Positions 1 to 13,000 are shown, numbered from the whole stretch's first letter. The stretch is 56,974 nucleotides of DNA, filler included, from Sphacelaria rigidula (GCA_964200075.2; 6 parts of 6 records of this genome joined end to end with filler, not necessarily neighbours in it), one strand, 5' to 3'. Numbers and translations: made by a program. The notes: generated by a model not told the origin, from the letters alone.

Positions 1-2076
1 AGGTCAGGGAAAGCACGGCTTTTGAGTTGAACCTCATTTTTATTTTCAACCCCATTTTCGAAAATCGGCTGTTTGTTGGCGGTTTTCTCGGCTTGGGGGT
101 CAAAAGGTTGGTCAAACGTCATGAAAGTGTACAATCCGTGGGCCAAAATCTGTTCGCCATAACATCCGGCCTAACCCGAGGTTCCTGAAATAGTTATCTG
201 TAAACTTCTGTGAAATGTATACCGAGAATCTCGAGTATGAGATACAGTAGCAGCCCCGATATAGCGGCATCCTGGATAGCGAAACGCCCGATATCATAGC
301 GGAATGAAGATCTCTCGGCACAATTTTGACCCTGAACAGCGGTAGTTTTCCGCTACAGTATTCAGGGTCAAGCCCTCAATAACGGCATTTTGGGGTGGTT
401 CGCCCCCCCAGTAGCGGCACTCTGCTGTTGTTAGAAGGACCCCTTTGTCACCCTGCTGGGGGATCGGAAAATTGTGGCGCCGCCGTCGTACGCGAAGCTG
501 TCTTTGCATTTTGGTCCACTGTAAAAATACGCAGAGTCGTGTGGCATGGAGGAGGTCGGCCTTTTCCCCCGCAAGGCAAAAGTGGGTTTCCTCGCAGCGG
601 AGGCCGCTACACAGGGACATCAGAGCGTTAATTGAATCATAGCGGAATTTCTTTGGTATTTTAGACGCCTGCGGCGAAACGTCGCAACGGCAGGCGTTGA
701 TGTACCAGGGGGGGGAATATGTTTGATGTACGCATGCGTTGATGCTTCTGGTTTAGCGCTATCAGCTTGTTTTTGTGTGCGTCGAGATCCTTCGATCCTA
801 CATGGTTCGCCAAATATATCACCGCTGCGCGTTACTGTTCCGACACTATAATAGTAGTGGACGGAAATCGGAACGCTTCCACGCGAATGCAGAACACAAC
901 AACAACTAAATAACTGCCGCAAAGTGATCATTTTGAGTTGAATGCCAACGCAATGGCAATTACACGATCATACATCTCAGCAGAACACACACTACCAGTT
1001 ATTGTAGCGCCCAGGGGAAGAGATTTGGTGAAAATGTGTTGTTTTCTATACCAGGAAGAGGCATTTTCCTCAATAACGGCCCAAGAATACCGCTATTAGG
1101 TCCCCAATAGCGGCACTTTTGCCGTTATTCGGGAATAATAGCGGTACTGCCCTGCATGCATAGCGGCAGTTTCTTTGCGTGGCACTATATGCCGCTATAT
1201 CGGGGTCGCTACTGTACCTCTAATAATAATACTGTCAAACAAAACTCATTCGATACTCGTAAGAAGAACAGGTTGTGGGTCGGTGATCGAGCATGAAGGA
1301 GATTCAAGGACGTCGCATCACCCGCGACGGCGCCATGCCTACCAAGTTTCCCGACGAGGCGTTGTAACTCTATCCTCGTCTGTCCATTGTTGGCGAGGTG
1401 CCAAATGGTCCCTGAGTCCCTGAGGAGAGAAATAGTATAGCGGCACGCCGTTTTCTCATTGGCCAAGAAACTGCGCCCTCTCTATTATAGTCGTGGACCT
1501 TAACATATACTGTACTGCAGTATAGAGGTATCTCAAACTCGAGGTTCAGGACACATTGAACTGTTGTTGTGAATCACTGTGAATTGTACCGAGATTCCCA
1601 AAGTTTGACAGCCCCCTAGCAATTAGTCTTCCCATCAAAAGCTGCAAGTCATGTTTACAATAATAGCGGTCGTACGCATCTCAAACTCGATGTTCCCGAT
1701 ATACTTGAGTGTAAATTACTGTGAAATATACCAGGAGCCTCGAGTTTGAGATGCACCTATATTTATTATATTGAACATGGAAATATTTTCGGAAAATAAT
1801 GCAAATGCACTCTTCGGCCGTGAATAGAGAGATTCGGATTTTTTTTTTTGTCATTTCAGAGCGCAAATATCTCAGGATCAGAGTGCAAAATTAAGAAAAA
1901 CACCTAATAATCTAAAAAGAGGTGAGGGGATGTCACATTCCACGGAGGGGGAAAATAATTTTCTCTACACTCTGATCCTGAGACATGTTTTGCACTCTTG
2001 AATAACATGAAAACGTTTTCCGAAACTCTCCAATGTGTTGCCTCGCTCGTCCTTGAAACAGTCCATCCGCGTAAGT

Positions 2077-2475
2077 CAACAGCCGATCATTGAGATTGCT
2101 GAGGCTTTTCATTAAAGATGACAACCCGGAGGATTAAACTCTTCGTATCCACGACATATGTTTCCATTCCTTCACCAACTGGTGGCTATTGACAACTGCT
2201 ACACGCCCAACAAATTTGAATTTCGATAACCGAAATGCTGGGGTTCTAAAAGAACAACCATTTTTGGGGAATTTAGGTGATCCGATCGAATCGCCGAAAT
2301 TCTCCGGAATTGGTTGTTTACCTAGGACTCCAGCATTTCGATAACCGAACTCACATTTTGTACGACGTGTTGTACTTGTCAATAGCTACCAGTAGGTCAC
2401 GGAATGGAACCATACTCCTTTAGATTCTCCTCCCCAATGAAAAGCTCCGTCCTCAATTTCGATTATCGGCTGTTA
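2077..2475. mobile_element. Fold-back (palindromic) MITE, ~400 bp
   Basis: Arms CAGCCGATCATTGAGATTG...TTCCATTCCTTCACC...GCTATTGACAA and TTGTCAATAGCTACC...GGAATGGAA...CTCAATTTCGATTATCGGCTG, centre ~2283; a related copy lies at ~47025-47380. Confidence 0.8.
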
Positions 2476-2735
2476 TTTGTAAAACCCCGTGTTTATACCG
2501 AAAAATCTCCCCCTCCGCTCATTCTCGTACAAGAACTGCTCTTATTTGTCAGAATCCTCTGTACTAAACATGAAATTCTCAAATTGCGGGTGGATTCGTT
2601 TTGAGGATTTGCGAGGCCACACACATCACGGTCGTAGAGGGCAATTTGATTTTTGCTTTGAAAAAATGTCGATGCTGAACCGTCACAGTAGCCAGCCCAT
2701 TCGATGTCTTCATGGCTTACCTGCCGGCCGGGATT

Positions 2736-2984
2736 GACTAATGCCGAGATAGCCCCCCCACAAAAAGTGCACGGGAGACTGTCCGACAAACCGGCTGCGA
2801 TCCCACTATTGGGCTCATTTGCAGCAATGCCGCCCACATGAAAGGCTTGTAGCAGTCCGGGATCAGCTATAACGCCCCAATAAGTCGCGTCGTGGAACAC
2901 GAAACCAGCTCTAACGGCATTTATGATCATCGCCTCCGTGCACATTTTTGGCCGGTTTGGGGGGGGGCTATCTCGGCAGCAGTC
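2736..2984. mobile_element. MITE with TIRs
   Basis: GACTAATGCCGAGATAGCCCCCCC ... GGGGGGGCTATCTCGGCAGCAGTC. Confidence 0.75.
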
Positions 2985-3330
2985 GATTGAAATCCGCTTC
3001 GTCTCGGCGGCGGTTTGTTGCATTTAGAAAGATGGGCCTCCTGCTTCTCGCCGTTTTCTCGATGGCGGACTACTGCTGCATGTGTTCACAGGTGGAGAAC
3101 GGTCCAGGTCCATAGCGCGATGACGAGACCCCTGCTGACTTTGTTATTTTTACCGTCGCCTTTATAACACACTTGCCGTTCCCAGGACAAGAGCCCATGA
3201 CTCAGGGAATCAATATATCCCCTCCCCGGTACCGGCCTCGCTCTTTGTTGTCAATCATCGTAGGGAAGGCGCATTAGTGTACTATTCGGCGATGTCCACG
3301 CCTTCTCGTGTGTTGATCAGCGCATGTATT

Positions 3331-4228
3331 GTAGTCAGCGTCAGAAGTTTTCAGAAGTCGTAGTTATTGTAGTTAAAAAAACAATTCTCGAGTAATATTC
3401 TTCATTACTGCTTGAAGGTGCTAGCGCCGGTAGATTTAGGAGAAAGCGTAGGCCGCGCTCAAACTGCAGTGGCCAAGTTGGTGTTTTTTGGGCGATACGG
3501 ACTACATACCCCGTTTATCAGGAGGGTGTTATTGGCCGTTTTTTGTCCAACAAGAAAATATTTCCGGCTCTTTCTCAACGAAATGGTGAATATCCAGACA
3601 AATGAATACATATACAATTCTTCACAATAGCGATTGAGATCGTGTTTCCCTCCTATACTGCACAGACGTCAGTCAAGCATTATCTGCGGATGACCTTTTT
3701 TTGTTTTTTGTCGCATAACATTTTCCATGGGCACTCCAAAGTGCCAGCGTCGATAGTTTCGGCAAAATAAGTAGATCGTGCTCAAATCACAATGCCCACG
3801 TTGGTGTTGTGGGGGCAATACGGAGTAAAGACCCCGTTTATCAGGAGGATGTTATTGACCGTGAATGATCCAAGAAACATAGTTTTCCGGCTTTAGCGCA
3901 GTGAATATGTGGAATTAAAAAATATATCATTTTTGAGTCTTCACTTATATAATCGGGATCGAGTCGGTCCATCGAAAATACCCAAAAGCTAGAACCTGGG
4001 GTCGCATTTCCGCAGGGCCCCCGAAGATCGGTCAAGCCCGTGAGTCACTCAATACTGATCGCCGATGTTTTTTCTTTCAATATTTGTCAAGAAGATAAAA
4101 ACATCTCCAGATGCACATTTTCTGGCATCCAACAGTCACTGTGATGAGCGGTGGCAAGCGAAACAAATTTTGAAAATCTTCGAGCAACTAAGAAATGAAG
4201 AATTTTGCATACTTCTGACGCTGACTGC
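3331..4228. mobile_element. Non-autonomous TIR DNA transposon (~900 bp)
   Basis: Ends GTAGTCAGCGTCAGAAGT ... ACTTCTGACGCTGACTGC; internal duplicated motif CCCCGTTTATCAGGAGG; a homologous copy lies at 35961-37008. Confidence 0.85.
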
Positions 4229-4627
4229 TGTATCTCTCATGTGATCATCAAATGATTTCCCTCATCGTATCGCACGGTACTGTGCGTACGTTACCGTATT
4301 TTGTTTTTGCACACTTCCATCCGGTCTCCTTGTGTATCGGTAGTGTTCATACTCAGACGCACACCATGTAGTGTAGTGCGGCTACAGCATGTAGCACCAA
4401 AATTTCATGTATTGAACCGATACAAGAACATGAGGTGAAACGCTGACATCGGGCTCGTGTAATACTGGCAGTCATTTTTCAAGTATCTTTATTTTAGCCC
4501 ATCTTCTACTTTTTGAATACAGTGTATACCTGTATAGTCCTTCCCTCCTTGTGACGGTTGTGTTTTTTTCCAACGGTTTTCATCTGTCCCGTTCATAATC
4601 GTGCGGAGGAGCGACGTAACCAGAATG

Positions 4628-4930
4628 AACAATGTTTTAGTGGGATTGAGAGTAGAGGATACAATTGAGAGTAAAAAAGCGGTCAATTAGTGAATGAATC
4701 GTTTCAGTACCGAAATGCGCCTTCACGAGACCCGGTAGGTTTTCTGTAGTCCTCGTAGCTTGCCACTGAGGCTCTTGATATCCCTGAGTAGGATACCAAC
4801 GTGTAGCTGTAAGCACACGCCAGTGATGAAGACAAGGAAAAGCACGCACGGAATGAAAAGTTGGCTGAGTTGAAGCGAATGATCAAAGCCACTCTCAGTC
4901 AGCGCTCTACTCTCAATATCACAATATGCT
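4628..4930. mobile_element. ~300-bp MITE (GATTGAGAGTAGAG...CTCTACTCTCAAT)
   Basis: Inverted ends; colinear copy at 55988-56285. Confidence 0.8.
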
Positions 4931-5414
4931 TCATAATAATGCTGCTGTCAATGAGCAACCCATGGTCTTTGCACTTACCCCCGTGAGCCGTACTCACCTC
5001 CGCTCGACTCTGTCCACAATGATCAGACCGTCACCGGCAACCTTGGGTGCAGCAGCAGCACGCCCTACTTGAGGCTCTTCGTGCAAGGAGGAGTAACAGC
5101 TATGGGCAACGCGTTGGAGACACCGACGGCCGAGGACACGGTAACCCTTGCCGCGGTCGCCCCGGCTTCAGCTATTGGAGTGAGCCTTGTTCCTCCTCCC
5201 GCCTGCAGCGGCTCACCTGATGACGACGACGAAGGGGTTGTTTCTGCCCCTTGCTCCACCGCCGTCGCTACTGCTGCTTCTGCTGCTGATCCTCTGATGA
5301 TGCATCTCCAGCTTTGTCGATGGACCCTCCCGCCATCACCTCGGCATCTCCATGGGCAGACTCCCCCCCCTCCCCACCCCCCCCCCGAGGGTTGGCGTCG
5401 GTTGGCAGCGACGC

Positions 5415-5876
5415 TGTAAAACACGCCACTCACTGCGTAAGCTAGACAACCAGGTTACCGATTTTTTCGTTTGCGGTGACCGCGATGGCTGTCGAGCTAG
5501 ATCATAACGTGCGCGATGGAGAGCCTGAACTCCGCGCGAAGGGATGATCATACTACGCAGTGTTTTAATGGTGAGACACCCATGAGGCAGCGGACGACGT
5601 AGCTGCATCTGGAAGTGTCGATACCAGAAAACGAAGCAACTCATTCGAGGCTGCCATCCAAGTGGGAAATCTGCAGTACCCTCTCAGGCAACAATCTGAG
5701 CAGGATGCAGCTCACCTTGCATGCGACTCGCCGAACACATGACGGCGCTGCGCGCTTGGTGATTGCAAGCCTGGTCCGGCGAAAACCCGGCGTGTTGCGT
5801 CCCGGCTTTGTAGGGACGCGAGGTCAGTGGTCTTACAACAACGTCACGGAAGATCATGAGTACACCCCTCCCCCCG
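5415..5876. mobile_element. Dispersed repeat terminating in GATCATGAGTACACCCC
   Basis: Reverse-complement homolog at 10274-10740; translations in matching frames align (IPENEATHSRLPSK vs IPENEATHCRLPSK). The same terminal motif occurs at ~52907 and ~54819. Confidence 0.75.
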
Positions 5877-6421
5877 GGCATCGAGAGCTGATCAAGCATC
5901 GACGAACGGCGAGGTGACCACAACAATGGAGGTGTGAGGAGCAGGTGGTGCGGCTGTCGTTCAGTTTCTCCGAGTGCCAGTAAGAAGTGGCTGAAACAGT
6001 CGCCGCAGGCCCTCGTACCGTCGTGAAGATGGCGGATAAGGTGAGGCTTTCTTGTTTGGTAGCGTTTTGGGCCTTTTTGGTTGTTCGGCGGTGCTACTGC
6101 CGTATCGTTGAGGTCGCTTAAGATTCTTCGTGTCCGCACCTGATAAATGAACTTCGCTCAGTCACTGTGACTAGTCCCTCTTTTTCCCTGTATCCACACG
6201 CCCTCCGCCGTCATGTTTAGTTGGCTTGTGCGTCCAGAGTACTTGACTCACACAGTTACGTGTCTGAGATCCAATATTTTTGTGTGTTTCGCACTTATCA
6301 TCATTGATGCCAACTCCAAAGCGATAGCTACATGGGCAGCTAGCCCTCTTCATGGGGAAACTGCCATCAAGCCGTGTCGCGTGTTGTCTAAGACGTAGTC
6401 CCGTGCGTGCTGATATCCACT

Positions 6422-6510
6422 GCCGTCGTACCCCAGTGGTGTAATGGTACAACTGAAATTCATTAGGGTCGGGAGAATGCGAGTCCGGTTTCCGGTAGAT
6501 GCATTCAGGT
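6422..6510 (+). mobile_element. Degenerate tRNA-like/SINE head of a second family
   Basis: A-box-like TGGTGTAATGG and a degenerate B box GAGTCCGGTTTCC; no complete cloverleaf. Confidence 0.45.
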
Positions 6511-7018
6511 TTTTCCTGACTAGTATCTGACTTCCATAGTGGAAAACGTGAGGACGTGGGTAGCAAGTATCGTTCATGTCACGGAGGTCGACGCGAGGCA
6601 GAAGTACTGATTCACGCCGCGACATCAAATTGTAAGGCGTGTACCGGGGGAGGTATGGGTTGGTCCGGGGTTGAAGGAGTGACGGGAAAAAAAATGAAGA
6701 AAAGTGTCAGGTCCTTGTTGCTGTAGGCGCTGTGTTTGATCCCGATGTGCAGGACCTTGCTACTGATTTATGAGGTATAGATGCCATGAGGCTAGTGTCT
6801 GATGGCCGTGGTGGGCGCAATGAAACTGCATGATTCATGACACGGGCATAGGCGGGTGGTACGCACGTTTCGACAAAACACTCTCTCCACGCCTAACAAA
6901 CGCTGTGTCATGAACAACCACCCGCTCCCCTCTCCTCCGCCTTGTTGCCCTCTTCCTTGGCCCTCCCCCCGTCGCCCCCCTGGCGATAAAAAAGGCCGCC
7001 GACAAGAACAGAATCAGG

Positions 7019-7216
7019 TCGTGGAAGTGATAGCCGTCCTTGACAAGGGCAGGCACCTTCCTTGGCGTCTGTGCCTCGCTGCTGCAGTACACGAGAGCTG
7101 CGAGAGCTGTAGATGACTCGTGGAAGTGATAGCCGTCCTCGACAAGGGCAGGCACCTTCCTGGGCGTCTGTGCCTCGCTGCTGCGATGCGCGAGAGCTGC
7201 GAGAGCTGTGGATGGC
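7019..7216. repeat. 99-bp direct tandem duplication (2 copies)
   Basis: TCGTGGAAGTGATAGCCGTCCT...GAGAGCTGCGAGAGCTGT occurs at 7019 and 7118 with few substitutions. Confidence 0.9.
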
Positions 7217-7549
7217 AACCGAGGACGTACTTGGCGCACAGCTCTCCCCGAAGATATGGAAAGCGATATCAGGGGTCTTTACATCCGCAACCGCTATCTC
7301 GCGGGTCAAGACTGGAACAAGGTGATCTGGAGGCGCCGGGATGACTGCCCCAGGGTGCTGTGCTCCCTGTACGGGTGTCGTTCCGAGCTGCTGCCGATGC
7401 CGAGTGCCGTCTTGCTGGTGACCCCTAGTTGCTAGCTGCTATCGTGTGAATATTCAGTAGATGGACGAACTTGCGCACTACTTGCACGTGGCTGATGGCC
7501 AGGCATGGGATGTGGTGTGTGCGCGGTATAGATATTTAATATGTATCTG

Positions 7550-9413
7550 TGTATGTTGGGAGAAATAGCACTAGATGCACATACATAGACAGGCAGGCAA
7601 AAGTAGTGTTCATACTAGATTTTCACCGGGGGTATGATAGGGGAAGTCAACCGAGATAAATGTATATACTTCAGTCGAGGGATAGGAAGGTGTGTTCAGA
7701 CAAGTAGCACTAGATGCACATACATATACAGGCAGGCAAAAGTAGTGTTTATAGTAGGTGTTCACCGGGGGTATGATAGAGGAAGTCAACCGAGTTAAAT
7801 GTATATACTGCAGTCGAGGAATAGGAAGGTGTGTTCAGACAAATAGCACTAGATGCACGCATACATAGACAGGCAGGCAAAAGTAGTGTTTATACTAGAT
7901 GTTCATCCGAGGTAAAGGGGAAGCCAACCGAGTTGAGTGTATATACTGCAGTCGAGGAATAGGAAGATGTGTTCAGATAAATAGCATTAGATGCACATAC
8001 ATAGACAGGCAGGCAAAAGTAGTGTTTATAGTAGGTTTTCCCCAGAGGTATGATAGGGGAAGTCAACCGAGTTAAGTGTATATACTGCAGTCGAGGAATA
8101 GGAGTGTGTGTTCAGATCAAAAGCATTAGATGCATATGCATAGACAGGCAGGCAAAAGTAGTGTTCATACTAGATTCTCACCGGGGGTATGATAGAGGAA
8201 GTCAACCGAGTCAAGTGTATATACTGCAGTCGAGGAATAGGAAGGTGTGTCCAGACATTTAGCATTAGATGCACATACATATACAGGCAGTCGAAAGTAG
8301 TGTTTATAGTAGGTTTTCCCCAGGGGTATGATCGGGGAAGTCAACCGAGTTAAATGTGTATACTGCGGTCAAGCAATAGGAAGGTGTGTTCAGACAAATA
8401 GCACTAGATGCACGCATACATAGACAGGCAGGCAAAAGTAGTGTTTATACTAGATGTTCATCCGAGGTGTAGGGGAAGCCAACCGAGTTAAGTGTATATA
8501 CTGCAGTCGAGGAATAGGAATGTGTGTTCAGACAAATAGCATTAGATGCACGCATACATAGACAGGCAGGCAAAAGTAGTGTTCATACTAGATGTTCATC
8601 CGAGGTGAAGGGGAAGCCAACCGAGTTAAGTGTATATACTGCAGTCGAGGAATAGGAAGGTGTGTTCAAGAAATAGCACTAGATGCATGCATACATAGAC
8701 AGGCAGGCAAAAGTAGTGTTTATAGTAGGTTTTCACCAGGGGTATAGGGGAAGCCAACCGAGTTAAGTGTATATACTGCAGTCGAGGAATAGGAGTGTGT
8801 GTTCAGATAAAAAGCATCAACCGAGTTAAGTGTATATACTGCAGTCGAGGAATAGGAGTGTGTGTTCAGATCAAAAGCATTAGATGCATATGCATAGACA
8901 GGCAGGCACAAGTAGTGTTCATACTAGATTCTCACCGGGGGTATGATAGGGGAAGTCAACCGAGTTAAAGGTATATACTGCAGTCGAGGAATAGGAAGGT
9001 GTGTTGAGATAAATAGCATTAGATGCAGGCATACATATACAGACAGGCAAAAGTAGTGTTCATACTAGATGTTCACCAAGGGTATGATAGAGGAAGTCAA
9101 CCGAGTTAAATGTATATACTGCAGTCGAGAAATAGGAGGATGTGTTCAGACAAATAGCACTAGATGTACGCATACATAGACAGGCAGGCAAAAGTAGTGT
9201 TTATACTAGATGTTCATCCGAGGTGTAGGGGAAGCCAACTCAGATAAATGTATATACTGCAGTCGAGGAATAGGAAGGTGTGTTCAGACAAATAGCACTA
9301 GATGCACATACATAGACAGGCAGGCAAAAGTAGTGTTTATAGTAGGTTTTCCCCAGAGGTATGATAGGGGAAGTCAACCGAGTTGAGTGTATATACTGCA
9401 GTCGAGGAATAGG
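7550..9413. repeat. ~138-bp tandem satellite, ~14 units, running into the contig end
   Basis: Unit AAATAGCACTAGATGCACATACATAGACAGGCAGGCAAAAGTAGTGTT...GGAAGTCAACCGAGTTAAGTGTATATACTGCAGTCGAGGAATAGGAAGGTGTGTTCAGAC recurs at about 7563, 7702, 7841, 7979, 8119, 8257, 8396, 8534, 8672, 8810 (shortened), 8873, 9011, 9152 and 9290. Confidence 0.97.
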
Positions 9414-9513
9414 NNNNNNNNNNNNNNNNNNNNNNNNNNNNNNNNNNNNNNNNNNNNTTAATTAATTAANNNNNNNNNNNNNNNNNNNNNNNNNNNNNNN
9501 NNNNNNNNNNNNN
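9414..9513. other. Artificial contig linker (N44-TTAATTAATTAA-N44)
   Basis: Identical 100-bp spacer with stops in all six frames; repeated five times in the window. Confidence 0.97.
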
Positions 9514-10047
9514 TACTACTCTTTTGTTTCCGGCTTGCTTTTTTTGACCATTGACCACGCATCCCTTTCGAGACGGAGCTCGGGGGGGAGGCGGGGGGGG
9601 GAAGAACGGGAAGCTCGTCAAAACAAATTGAAACATCCTGGTGACAGCCAACAACACCAAAAACAAAAGGTCTAAATAAATCTCCGATCATTTCAACGAA
9701 TCGCTGTATTCCTGGGAGAACATCACTAGGCAAGATTGAGTAAAAAGACATACTCGTAGCGAATAAGAAACGAGTTGGACTAGAGAGGGGCGGTAGAACG
9801 CACCCGAACGTGGCGGGTGATGACTGCTCAGCAGCGACGTCCATTGCCATCTGCCACAGAGGCAGCAGGTACTACAGTGCTGCTTGATCAGCTCAGCAGC
9901 TACCCTTTACATGTTTAGAGCGATCAAAGGCATCACAGAACAATTGAAGCGGGGGAAGGAGGCCAGGCAACCCCACAGAATACCGAACGCAGGGGCTTGG
10001 GCTTTGGGGCATGTACCCGTGCCGCTCATGTTGGCATCTTCACTCAC

Positions 10048-13000
10048 TTGTACGATACGAACAAGTAGAGGACGGTGTTGACCAGCAGAAACCCCCACAC
10101 CACCAAAAACACTATCCACTCCAGCCCTCCTGTGCTCCCCTCCCGTTCCTCAAACATCCAGCTGCGATGGTGTTCGTTGTTTTTCACCAAAAATATCGGT
10201 AAGCACGCGAAAAAGGAGCCACCAGAAGATGAGCAAAGTTGGACAGGGTGGAAACACAACTGTGGGAAAACGGGGGGAGGGATGTATTCATGATCTTGCA
10301 AGTCTTGTCGCATGACCCCTGACCTCGCACCCCGAGAGAACGGAGCACGTCGGGTTTTCGACGAATATGGTTTGCAATCCATCACAAAGCGCGAAGTGCT
10401 GTGGTGTGTTCGGCGAGTCGCATGAAGAGTGAGCTGCATCCTGCGCAAGATTGTTCGGCCGGAAGCCAACTGATTATCTTGCATTTGGATGGCAGCCTAC
10501 AGTGAGTTGCTTCATTTTCTGGTATCGCCACTTCCAGAGACAGCCACGGCTTACACACTGCCTCATTGGTGTCTCGCCATTCGAACACGACGTGGTGTAA
10601 GCATCCCCTTTCGGCGAGATTGAGGTTCCTCCACTCCGCACAATGTGATCTAGCTCGACCACCATCATGGTTACCGCAATGAAAGGTATGCGCCAAAAAA
10701 AAAACGGCAACGTCGTCGCCTTGCTCACGCAATGAGTGACATCTTTTACAGCATTGCCAAGCGACGCCAACCTCATTACGGGGTACCAGGACGGGGGGCG
10801 TCGGTGGGGGGACAAAAGATATGAAGAGATCGACGAGAGCTCCACATCTCCCATTAGATCAGATTTTATGTGTGACGGTATTTGTTTAACGACTGACAGC
10901 ATGCGCTTCGAACAACTAACCGCACGTCTTCGACAATATCTACAGTACGTGTAAAAACACGCAGGAGCTGGTCACATTCAGTCGCCCGTTCCCGATACTG
11001 CTCCGACCACTAGTTCCGAGGCAAACTTCTGCAAAAAAAAGAAAGAAAAAGAAACAACGAGAGAACGCACTTGGAGTAGATGACGGATATTCCCTTCGCC
11101 AGCAAGACCGGCAGGAATACCACTCCCGAGTGGAGGTAAATGTTGAACACCACCGTGTAGAGAGCCATGCTGACTCAGGAGAAAATCAATGCGGCGCGGC
11201 GGATGGGGGGGGGGGGGGGGGAGAGAAGAAAGGAGAGCGTTGAATATTGTTGAAGAAATCCATCAATTGGACAAGAAGACCATATTCTCGTGCGAGGAGG
11301 GAAACGTCGACCCGCGTCTTCAACGGACGAGGCGCGAAGAACTCGACTTGACATTAAATCGGAACGACACCAAATACCAAATATCAAGTGGCCACACGAC
11401 CTTCTGTGTGCACGTGCACGTGCATGTCCATGGACGTGTCACGCTCAAGTGTGTGTGTGTGTTCTACTCCACTATCCGCATGTCTTCGGCTGTTGCACAG
11501 ACGAGCTCCGGCCCTGTCCTAGCACATTGTTCTGCACAAAAGAAGTGCGGTGGAAACGGAAAATCCTAATCCAACAGGTCGCCATTTCATCATATAATTC
11601 ACCTCCTGTTTTGACCTAACCGATTCGGATTCTTCTCCTCCGCCGCACCCTATCCGATTGAAATAACAATTTGCGAAAACAGAGCTTACCGAGACGCGCG
11701 CACATTAACACAGACACACACCATCCTTCATTTTTTTGATCGCGAAAACAGTATGAACTTACAATATGCGACCACGCTCCTGCTTGAAGTAGGACTCCCG
11801 TCCCGTCAGACTGGAAAGAACAGTCGTCGCCGACGCCGCATACCAACGCCTTGTTTTGCCGAGAGACGAGGGGAAAAAAGGGCGTGTTTACACGGGTTAA
11901 AAAAGACAACAAAACGCAAAAATATCACAGTACATCAGAGTAGGACGTAACGACCCTTGAGCAAAATCCCGCCGCACTCTGCACTCTGCACTCTGCACGC
12001 CTGTAAGGAACGGTCGCCTTCAACGTGAAAAGATGTCACAAGGACACAAAAACTGTACATTTTTCAACGAATAAAAAACGCCTCCAACAACACCAACAAC
12101 AGCAACACCAGCAACAGCAGAAAGTTGTGTGGAGCTGGATTAAAAAGCTGTGATCGGGGATCAAAAGGGGCATCCCGGGGAAATCTCAAGTTGGTGCTGT
12201 AGAGCTGAGGGCAGAGACTGTCAAGGCATTCATGGCGGTCCGCGGAGACGACAGAAGCACCAACAAAAAAAATTAAAGATGAAGGACGAGAAAATTCGCA
12301 TCACCTCCTCTGCGCGTAGAACTCCAGCAAGGATGGGGGCACGCACGTTACGGCATCGGCGACAGCGCACGAGCGCGCATCGTACGCCCTCTGGCGCAGC
12401 AGCACCAGCATCCCGTCGTCAGGTGATACGTCCAGCAAACTGGTACAAGAAGAAAGTGGCAGTAACACAGCTAATCCGTCAGTTCGGGCACGGAAAAGGG
12501 GAGCGGATCGAGCGAGGCGGGTACACAGGCGTAGAGTATTGTGGCACTACATACTGCTGTAAGTTACGACGGTAGACCTTCACCCCAACGGTGAAATCTC
12601 AGTCACATTCCACGCGTATTCTGCCCTGTCCCTTTCCGTACCTGCTGTCAAGACACGACATACAGTGTAGTGCAGACGAAAATGTGATTAGGTCTCAACC
12701 TGGAGAGGCTCGGAAAATCTCCTGCGGCGATTGTTGGCCGGGTGACCCAACACAAGTAAAAAAAATGTGAATCAACATGCAACATTCCGACCGCTGGCCG
12801 GTGTGGTGGTTATTCCTACAAAAGCTTCAAGAGGTTCATGACAGGGGAGGGTGACGTGAGAACCACTACATGAAAGGGATGAATCATCACCTGTCTTGTC
12901 ATGGAATCTTCTGTTCACATATGACCGTGTATTGTTCGTGAGACTTTTCCTGGAGTCCCCCCCCTCCTCTCCCCCCTCCCCCGTCGAGACTAGACAAAAC

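Noticed and set aside
2493-3023. 176-aa ORF
   Set aside because: Runs through a MITE (2736-2984); a chance open frame.
5065-6139. Putative minus-strand exons continuing the chitin-synthase-like gene
   Set aside because: They lie across an artificial linker on a different contig and are low-complexity with no recognisable domain.
7550-9413. CRISPR-like array or ribozyme-bearing tandem repeat
   Set aside because: Whole units are homologous with no unique spacers, there are no cas genes, and no CUGAUGA/GAAA hammerhead core was found on either strand.
9806-9905. Next downstream exon of the chitin-synthase-like gene (KVAAELIKQHCSTCCLCGRWQW...)
   Set aside because: The phase fits, but the acceptor is weak and there is no family resemblance; too uncertain to include.
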